A stretch of DNA of 63,846 nt, counting the filler, from Kipferlia bialata (taxonomy: Eukaryota): assembly GCA_003568945.1 (NCBI GenBank). It is 4 parts of 4 records of this genome, joined end to end, with 100 filler letters (N's around TTAATTAATTAA, not from the genome) between each part and the next. Parts side by side here need not be neighbours in the genome. Positions count along the whole stretch, not along the records: positions 40,772 to 60,989 come from BDIP01000386.1; positions 61,090 to 63,846 come from BDIP01000505.1; 2 more parts are not named here. One strand, 5' to 3'. Of this stretch, positions 54,533 through 63,846 are shown in pieces. The position numbers and the translations under genes were made by a program. Under the pieces are notes generated by a model. That model was given only the letters and a program-made list of their open reading frames with translations, had not been told where the DNA came from and ran no database searches. The first letter of the stretch is position 1, and the number at the start of each line of letters is the position of its first letter.

Positions 54533-56084
54533 CTAAGGTTAGAATAGAGAGTTCCTCATACTATCAACTGAATATAGTGTGTATGTGTAAGGACCAGATC
54601 CTTGCACTCGGCCCAGGAACTAAGGTGAAACTTCAGACTAATATTATGCTATTGTATATACTATGTATATAATACACTTAAAATACTGTATCCCATAAAT
54701 ATGGGTCCAATGACCAGATCCTTGCACTCGTCCCACGAACTAGGGTTAGAAGTAATACATACCACTCAAATACTATTGTACTTACTATATATATAAGTAT
54801 AACATGTACAAGTATAGCTCGACTGTACCCAAGGACCAGATCTTACACTCGTCCCAAGAACTAAGATGAAAAGAACACTGTTACATAATGTAGCAATATA
54901 TTACAGGTATTATGGAACAACATATCCTCTAAACTAGGTACAGGGACTCATATATCAACCAATTAAACACAATATAGACAGGAATAATGTAACATACACT
55001 ATGTTACATGTTGATAGAAACGTAGCATAAATAGATCGACCGAATGAATCGATGGGGGGGGGAGTATGGTTGTCATTGTCTCATCCAACGTATACCTTTA
55101 TGTTCCTGTTTAGTGACCGAGTGCTGGGGTAGTGCCCCCCCCCCCATATATATATATATGATGTAGCCACTTACTCCCTGTATCTCTCTCTCCATGTCTC
55201 TCCATGACTGTCTCTATCTATATACTCTCACCCCCAGAGAGACATCGATATTGACGACATCGTTCCTCTTAGGAATCCACACTACGGCTACAGCCATGGC
55301 CCCTGCCTGTGACAAGGCCCGTGAGCACCTGTGCAACCCGGTACGTTATAGTCCACTCATGTATACCAGTCGTATTATAATATAGAAATTATACATAATT
55401 ATATATATCTGATGATCCATGATTTGGGAATTGTTTTACTGCTGAGTTTGTGTGTAGGGTGTCATCTTATGACAGGATCTCGTTATTGAGTGGAGACGTC
55501 GCTGCAAGGGAGCCAGTCAATGCTGTGTGTGTGTATCACCACACATTGGACGTATGGGTAGCACGTGTAGCAGTGAGTGCCGTGATACTTACAAGGTATG
55601 GGGTGGAGAGAGAGAGATACTTTGAGTGCATAGCAAGCAGACCCCATAATGTAGTACAGTATGGTATAGTATATAATAGGATATCGTATGTCCCTGTAGC
55701 AGTATGTTTCCCTCTGACTTCTAGAAGTGGGTAGCTACAGCCTCCAAGCGTGGCAGAGACGCCATGGGGGTATGGGCTGGGTTACAGCCGGTACCTGCCA
55801 TCCCTGGAGGAGAGGGAGAGGGAGAAAGAGTGGGAGAGAGAGAGAGGGAGGGAGAGAGAGAGGGAGCGGGAGAGAGAGAGAGGGAGGGAGAGGGAGAGGG
55901 AGTGCGGGAATGGGAGTGCAAGTACTGCCTTTCAGACTCAAAGGCAGGTGGGTGGCATTTATGGCAGCATGTATAGAGGGTAATGCACATATCCTGACCC
56001 CCCCAAGCTCAATACTTTGAGTACCCATCCTAACTGTGTATGTATTACCCCTCTATATATGGATAGCCTGTCCCCCCGCTAACC

Positions 56085-57854
56085 ATGTCTCTCTCCTACA
56101 TCAGATGGTATAAAGGACCCAGCATACAGTCAGGACCAAGTAGGAATCCTACTAGGAGGCCCCCAGAGAGAGGTAAGGCTATGTACTCCGTCACTGTCTA
56201 TTGAATGTCTGCACACTTGTGCTTCTTAGGTTCTCAGAATTATACTTATGAACATGCATCAAGAGAGAGAGAGGAAGAGCGAGCCCTGGAGGACGAAGAA
56301 GATGCTAGGCGTGAGTTCCTGAAGATTCTCAGGGACAGAGAAAGCGGCTGCTTCTCATTCGCCTCATACACCCCTCCAAATGAGATATGTCGGTGAGTAT
56401 CAGCGTGTCTTGTATACTGAACGGAAGATATACATGTATCATGTTGTCCATGATATACAGTACAATCATACCTCTCTGTCACATTCAGCCTCGTGTTATA
56501 GGCGATGTTGGAAACTTATCCTCTCACTCTAGCGACTACCTCAGGGGGGTGTGCGATGGCACCTGTCGCAAGAAGATACACCCTGTCAACAAGTCGCCCT
56601 GGGTGGCTACAGCAGTGGGAGAGATGGGCAGTAGAACGGTGGAGGACCTCAGATTCGTGAACTCCCTTCCTGAGAGGTTCTTCACTGAGCACGGCCCCAT
56701 CATTGATGTCAGTGGCCGTGAGATCCACCACTGCCGGCACTACATCCCGCCACTGCCTCAGGTGATACTGTGTTTGCATAGCAATTATTGAACTACTATT
56801 ATAGGTATATTCAATACATTGTGTTCTGCCCCCACTCAATTCCGCTGTCACCCTCTTTCTCACATTAGGGTGTCCCTGCAATTACCCCTCCTGAAGCAAT
56901 AGTTCTGGTGGGCCTCCCAGGCAGTGGCAAGAGCACGTATTGCCGCACAGTATACGCACCTCAGGGATACGTCATCATCAACCAGGATGAGCTAGGATCT
57001 CGGTATGTGGTACCATCGTCATACACAACAGCATTCGTGAGCTAAATGGGCCACATATGACAATAGTCATATTTAGTGTGATGTCAGTACACTACTCAGT
57101 ACACAGTGGTGGCAAGTCTCCCCCAGTCCTTTACATTAATGATATTTGTGTTAGTGGGTGATTCATTCTAACCCCAGTCAGGCTTGCGAGGCCAAGATGG
57201 TCATGTGCCTGAGGCGGGGCAGGAGTGTGGTCATTGATAGGACCAATGTCAATTCGTACGTGTCACTCAATAGCCTCTACCACTGTATTTGGGACGGCGT
57301 ATTGCTACTTACCCAGGCAGCAGCGCAAGACATGGGTCGACCTCATGAGGGAAATGAAGTGTCGCTATCAGGAACGCTCTCCTCTCCCCAAGGACTCCCT
57401 GATCAAGTGTGTTCACTTTACGGCTTCCCTCTCCCACTGCGAGGCACTGAACTCTCACCGAAGAGCCCAGGGGGGTCGCTTTGTACCAGTCGAGGCAATC
57501 AGAAGGTGAATGAACAGAAGAATGCTGCAAACATATGCTTACAAGCAATCTCTCTTAGACAAGGCTCACGCAAGGTTACATTACGGTTCATATCATCCCA
57601 CGGACTCTGAGGGCTTCCATAGCATAGAAGAGGTACTAGTGATACTCTATTCCTCTATGTCTCTCCCTCTCCTGTTTGGACTTGACTTACCCTTACCACT
57701 TGATTCACCACTATTAATATGCGATATACACCTTCATCTCTCGAAATACTCTACTAATATACAGGTAGACATTAGGGACAACCCCGAGATGATGTCCATC
57801 GTGGAGACTGGCCAAGGATCAAGGGGCCAAGTCGGTGGGGGACCAGGGCCGTAA
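56085..57854 (+). CDS. AAA_33 / polynucleotide-kinase-like P-loop kinase with N-terminal extension
   Basis: Spliced: IVLVGLPGSGKSTYC...YVIINQDELGSRQACE...GRSVVIDRTNVNSQQRKTW...FVPVEAIRR...PTDSEGF. The Walker A, NQD and DxTN motifs are those of PNK-like kinases. Confidence 0.8.
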
Positions 57855-59100
57855 CTGGCATTATCCCCCAGGGGTGCAGCACTGTATGTATCGGCTTGGG
57901 TACTTGGTATTTGGACAGTTGTGGTGCTTCATGCCAGACCCGGGCTGAGTTGTATAGACACCTACGTTTCACTGCATTGCCATAGGGTCCAACCTCCTTT
58001 CCATCCGACTTCTACCTGAAGCTCAGACTCTGGGTTGTGTGCAATTTCTAATAGAGTAAGTCGATAACGTGGCTTGGAGAGTAGATGGCAATGTTGCTCG
58101 GACATACCTCCTATTCATATATTCTCCTCATGGGTCACCATGATACGGTATCATTGATACCTCTCATACTTCCCCCCTACCGGATGACTCTCAGAGACTG
58201 TTTCGGTGAGAGCGTGAGAGAGAGAGTGGGAGAGCCAACATGACACACCTCGAAGTGTGGCCATATTCCAGACCATCCAGACTAGTCAGCAGTTCCATAT
58301 ACGAGAATACACTCATCTATGAGAGTATATTGATGTACGGGAGTGAGACAGACATAACACACCTCAACAGTGCCATATTTCTAGGACTCTGATCTCCTCT
58401 ATATACTTGAGTGCCTCAATTGTGCTCATCTTGCCGTCTGTAGCCAGCTGTGCAGAACGTGTAACAGGGCGGTGCATAAGAGGATTCCAGACCTCAGGGG
58501 TGAGAGATAAGGTGTGTGTGACCCATGGACAGAGACGGGACTCCGTATGATACGGAGTCTCCGTATCTCACACCCCCGCCACGGGAGATATTGAGAATAG
58601 GAGTGAGTGAGTGCATGCATCTGTGTAGATGGTCACGTGTGTTCCCTTGCCACTGGATGTTGGGGCAGTGCTAGGATACAATTTCCAGCCTATCTCGAAG
58701 TAGTGTCCACAAAGTCTTTGAAAAATCACAAGATACACCCGATTGCCGAACCTTAGAGTCTAGGGCCTAGACTAGTAGTGACTCGGGAGCACAGTGTACC
58801 CATGACGGTTCTTTGAATAGTATATGGTGAATGAATCATTCATCATATTGACTCAACACCATTGAGAGACTCCTGGTACCTGGACTATTCGAGCAATAGA
58901 CTAACTTATTTCATTTATAGGATTAACCTGTCACTCTCAAGGCCCTTGAGAGTCTCAAGGGCAGTAACTCACACTGTCTACCATAGGAGCTCTAGTGAAT
59001 CAGTCACTGTGTCACAGAGTGGACTCTGTGCTGTATTGCCAAATGGCGTATTCCTTATAAGGAGGCGACACAGACTCCTAGATGCAAGGGAGCGCAAACA

Positions 59101-60989
59101 CTACTCGTCTGTGTCAGAGTCGGTATCTGTTCTGGAATACCCGTAGTACTCATAGTCTGAGTCTCCGTAGTACCTATGGTCGCTGGACTCTATGTCGTCC
59201 TGGATGTACTTGTCGACCTTGGCACGCAGTGAGGGAATGCTCCTCCAGAACTCTGCATCTGAGAGCATCTGAGATCCCTCCCAGGAGATACTAGTGTTCC
59301 TAGCATCTGTCTGTCCCCCCGAAACCTCTGAGGTGTCTCCGCTCTGGAGCATGTCCTCAGAGTCACCTGCAGACACGATGCCCATCAGGATATCAGACTC
59401 TGCCACGACAGCCTGTAGCTCGACACTGCCTGTCTGTAGTTCCTCTACCAGCCTTGGGAGGCGGAACAGCAGACCCTCGGGGATGGTGGCCAGTATACGT
59501 AGAGTCTCATCTGGCCTTGCACGGGCTTCTGTCGTCCTTCTCCCTTCCTCTCCACTGACTAGGTCCTCCTGACCCCACAGCTGGATACACTCGGTTGCTG
59601 CAAGCGCAGAGGCTAGTTGCTGACCTGTTGTCACAAGAGCCTCAGCGGTCTCAATGTGCTCCACAAAGTAGCGGTCTAGGGCAAGCCGTGCGGGATCTGT
59701 TGCAGGCCAACAGAATATGTTGTGGACATAGCTAATGCCCCTGGCCCAGTTGGATGTCTGATCAAATATGTCATCTTCAGTCATGTCTGCCTAGACTCAT
59801 TAGATGGATGTATTATACCCATATATCATATATAGGTTATTACTGTATAGGTAGTATAGATTCAATACATCAAAGATGTAACATACCTGTGGGAGCATCT
59901 CTCCGGCCATAGGGAGCACTACATCGTGGTACCCCTTCCTGATGAACTGATCTAAAGTAGAGTTGGACTTACTGGCGTCATACCCCTTGCGTCTCAACGG
60001 ACTCTTCATGGATAGACAGAGAACGTGAGGCATGACAGAGGTCAAATAGTCGTACACAGCGAGCCTAAGCTCAGGCTCAGTGGCGGGTGTGAGAAGACTC
60101 ATGAAGAAACAGAGCAGTGGGGCCTCGCCACCAAAGATGACATTGTCTGTGTCTTCGTACTGCTGTCTTCTCATCTCTGCAAACATCTCATCTCTAAAGG
60201 CTCTCAGCAACGCCTGCCTAGGATCGTTATCCGGGTAGTCTTCTCCAATGATCCTGCGGCACCGGTGTAGCAGCAGCTCGTTGTGTATCAACATACGGAG
60301 ATTGTCAGGGTCACTGAGGCAGAGCAGCTTGGCAGGGGATCCCTCATAGTCGGAGACACCCGACTTCTGTACCTCGGAGGACAGGTTACGCAGGAAGGCG
60401 ACACCGACCTTCCTGGCGTTAAGAGGTTCCCTATAATATCAGTTGAAGGTGTATCCTATATCAGAGATTTCGTATATACATCAGTATACAATTACGTATT
60501 CAGTGACAGTGGTGCATACATCCCCTGATAGCGTTTTCTCTTGGATAGATGACAAATATCATATAGCTCATAACGTATTGTATGTATGTACTCAAGTGAC
60601 ACTCACCGGCTGATAGCCTGCTCTATCTCCCAGCCAGTCCATGGGTAGTAGAAGATCCCCGTGTGATAGGGTGGAACCCCGTATGCCATGCGATCCTCAA
60701 CCTCCTGGAGCACCTTGATGACGTCATCAGACACCAGAGGCCTGACTGTGAGATAAATACAGTGATACTGTATTTCAGTGATATCCTCAAATGAGACAGT
60801 TGTAAACGCCAACTCGATTGTATTAGACTGGTGCGATGTATGAGTACCTAATCCTATTGATGTCCTCTGGAAGGTCCGCCTCCGCCTGGGTGCACTGCCG
60901 GAGGTGCACCCTACACTCTGTGTCCTGGGTGATAATGTCTAGGACGGAGGCACAGGCTGCCGCAGTGTCAGCAAGGGAGGTGTCACAGC
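59101..60989 (-). CDS. Hypothetical helical protein with acidic tail, 5'-truncated by the linker
   Basis: ORFs 59101-59784, 59800-60294 and 60603-60812 with intervening GT-AG introns. Ends ...DTDSDTDE*. Confidence 0.55.
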
Positions 60990-61089
60990 NNNNNNNNNNN
61001 NNNNNNNNNNNNNNNNNNNNNNNNNNNNNNNNNTTAATTAATTAANNNNNNNNNNNNNNNNNNNNNNNNNNNNNNNNNNNNNNNNNNNN
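60990..61089. other. Artificial contig linker
   Basis: Same N-TTAATTAATTAA-N structure as the other linkers. Confidence 0.95.
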
Positions 61090-61151
61090 CGCCCTCTGGG
61101 TGTGTATACACCCCCCCCCCCCCCCCCCTCTCTCTCCAACTCCTTTACACA

Positions 61152-63157
61152 TATTTGCACGACCAACCACCTCACTTCTTCATATCAGGAGACTGTCCAA
61201 TCTGCGCCATCCGTTCCCTTGCTGAGTATATAGACCTGGGGGGGTGGGGGGGGATGGGGGCAAAGGTATGATATACAAAGGATTCTCATCTATCAAGTAG
61301 TGATATCATGCTATCACTGTATCTCTCATTCAATGACCTTGACCATCCCTGTGTAAAACATATAATGTATAATGACGTACAGCACAACCACATTGTGGCT
61401 CCAGAGTCTCGTCAGGCTCTGAATGTTCAGTCTTATCATATGCCAGGTTATAGCCCCAACCCCCCCCCCCCCCTCTCCCCATATAGTCCTATATTGTATA
61501 CACTGAATCGGACTCATGCATAGGATAGTGTCTTCTGTGTCTTCTGTGCTATCTGACATGTACCCCACATGTGATGTCAGAGCAAGTGCTCGCTTGTGAG
61601 CGTGGCCATAAGTACTGATTGTCAGGAAGGTGTGTATATATGGTCTTTACCTTGAGATACCCCCCCACCCTCCACACATCTAGGTTACGGCAGAGCGAGG
61701 GAACTATGAATGACACAGAATTACGTATCAATACATGTCAATCCAGACATAGTCCTGAACTAGATGTGTCATATGGTACCATGGTGTATTCTGTACTCTG
61801 TACAATGTGGGAGGGAGTCATTGTGTGTGTGTTATCCCGACATCAGAATGAGTGAAGAACATGAGTGATGAATGATGGCACTGGCCCTGAGGTTTATACT
61901 GGCATATACTAAGTAGGTATGTGGCCAGATAGCCGTTATACTGGATGCATGATTGTCATCTACATGTACACATATATACCCCATATACATGTGTCCTCAT
62001 ATGCCCTAACTCATCTGGTACTGTGTGCAATGAGGGAGGACAGAGAAGGGGGCAGGGGTTAGGAAGGGGGGTGGGGGTGTGTGAGAGGAACTGCCCTCCA
62101 TACCATCACCTATGTTGCATAAGTGTATGTATCAGTGGTGTAGTATATATATACTCTGGGAGTGATGAGTGGGGAGTGGTAATAGTTATAGTTTTGTATA
62201 TTCAGACGAATCTGGGTCTGTAATTGATGTCATATATAGTAGATGATTCACTGTGAGATAGAGGGAGGTGCTATCTCTTTTGTATGTATTCCATATATGG
62301 CTCACCCACTCTTCCAACCCTCAGACTCATGGTATGTCATGCTGCCACGTGCTCTAGACAGTCTAGACTAGACTGTGCACCATAGTCTATGGCCAACACT
62401 GGATGTGCCATTATTCATCACACTATGCCTCGGTACCATGTTACATGGATAGAGGCGTACAGAGTGGAGGTGTATTGGACACCCAGAGTCAATATTTGCG
62501 GCATATCCCTCGCACATGTACGTGTATGTGAGTATACGGGTACCCAGTATGAGTACCCGGGTTACCATGACACGTGTCTGTGCAAGGAGGCATGGCACTG
62601 ATACTGATACTGGGGGGGATGGCCACGATGCATGTGCACTGTACACTCAATGACAGTGACAATAGAAACTCATTGTATATACCAGGGTTAGATGATCTGT
62701 CTGTCTCTACACCCCACTGTGACACACAAATATACATCAAGACACACTAATGCGCCCTCAGTCACAAGTTGAAGCCCATACGACTATATGGTGGAGGGCA
62801 AAAGGGGCTACTGTCCATGGCATATACAGGGACAAACAAGAAGAGGGAGGGGAGGCGAGGTAGTGGTATGAGAAGAGCAGGATGGCATGTGCTTCATTTA
62901 CAGCTAGAGTTCAGCTGTATATGGAACTACCATCGGCACAGGGACTCTATTAGTGTGTATGTCACAGCACACCCACATTCTTGGGGGTCAGTAATGGCTC
63001 ACTCAATAAATACCCATGCTAGGATCCATAATTAGTCATTCAGCAACAATATAGTGCGTGCGGTGGGCGACATCACCCTCCTACGCCGCTATGGCATGGT
63101 ATACTACCTCATACTGTCCTACCAAGGCATGGCCAAAGACAAAAAACATTTCATTCC
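61152..63157 (-). CDS. Possible exon fragments of a partial gene
   Basis: Candidate exons with 'ccccag' acceptors near 61235 and 63157 (NEMFFVFGHALVGQYE then GT). I could not link them into a model. Confidence 0.25.
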
Positions 63158-63797
63158 TGGGGGTGTAGATATTGCCCGCTGCGCTGATGTACTCACTGTT
63201 TGACAGAGGTAGAGCATATATGGAAACCTACGTCGCTAAAATGGTTTCGTCTGTTACACCTATGCACCTAACTGCACTGTGAGCCAGAGTGACTGGCTTA
63301 TGGGATACCTTAGCCCTTGCGGCCATAGAGTTCCAGTGACTAAGGATGAGGGTATACTGCTCTTCACAGCTCCCAATAGGTATGTACAGACTATCTGTAA
63401 GTAGTGATAGGAATGAAAATGCTCTAGTGAGTGGTTACTTCACTTGTTGTGTGGTATACAATGTGGTATGGGCCAAAGTATACCCCTCATCTGGCAGCAT
63501 GTGTCTCACACCCCTCCCCCCTCCCCCCTCCCCCTCCTCTACCTCTGTATATGTTCCTCATATATATTTATATCATTAGGAGACGATATGATAGTAGGCT
63601 TCCATGAAGGTAGTGAATATTTGTATATATTGTATTGATGTATGTATGTGGTGGTGTGGCCCACTCTTTTACGCGTTGTTTAGGGATGTGACAACCAATG
63701 CAGACAGGTAGAAGACAAGCGAAATTATATAATAATACAGTCAATACGTTGTGTTGTCTCGCCATCTTGGTTTCACACTGAATGTTTCGCACTCTCT

Positions 63798-63846
<49 letters not shown>

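Noticed and set aside
55230..55830. First exon of RNase H1 or a separate small gene
   Set aside because: There are GC-rich exon-like patches, but I found no YAV..GR..G.Y motif and no consistent frame.
20349..61089. TTAATTAATTAA as a biological repeat, and gene linkage across it
   Set aside because: It is an artificial six-frame-stop linker. The flanking contigs are about 20.2 kb each, consistent with size-sorted concatenation.
63798..63846. Poly-C tract as a telomere or regulatory element
   Set aside because: Similar homopolymers mark the other contig ends, and their length is unreliable.

Overview
This is eukaryotic, intron-rich genomic DNA. The (GA)n/(TA)n-laden introns, 'ctcacccccag'-type acceptors and ERER-rich exons resemble the free-living fornicate Kipferlia bialata (inference from style only). 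Four unrelated contigs are concatenated with N-TTAATTAATTAA-N linkers at about 20.3, 40.7 and 61.0 kb. Hand-splicing contig 1 gives a bacterial-type DUF1963 gene, a WASP-like WH1+CRIB gene with no VCA, a secreted protein, two low-complexity hypotheticals and an SPFH/flotillin-like gene. Contig 2 holds a >4,700-aa receptor-like protein (FG-GAP propellers, Ig-like repeats, TM helix, pseudokinase, degenerate PARP-like domain). It lies tail-to-tail with a 1,484-aa Kelch / coiled-coil / kinase / HECT / RBR-RING2 fusion. Contig 3 holds a hypothetical gene, an enlarged RNase H1, an AAA_33 P-loop kinase and a partial gene. The most striking pattern is 'exon echoes': 20-45 bp copies of exon ends with their splice sites, repeated 2-4 times inside neighbouring introns at roughly 100-130 bp spacing. 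The copies are separated by unique AT-rich filler, often diverge with distance, and preserve apparently ancestral codons, which suggests a duplication-plus-filler process that grows and creates introns. All gene models were spliced by eye; no searches were run.
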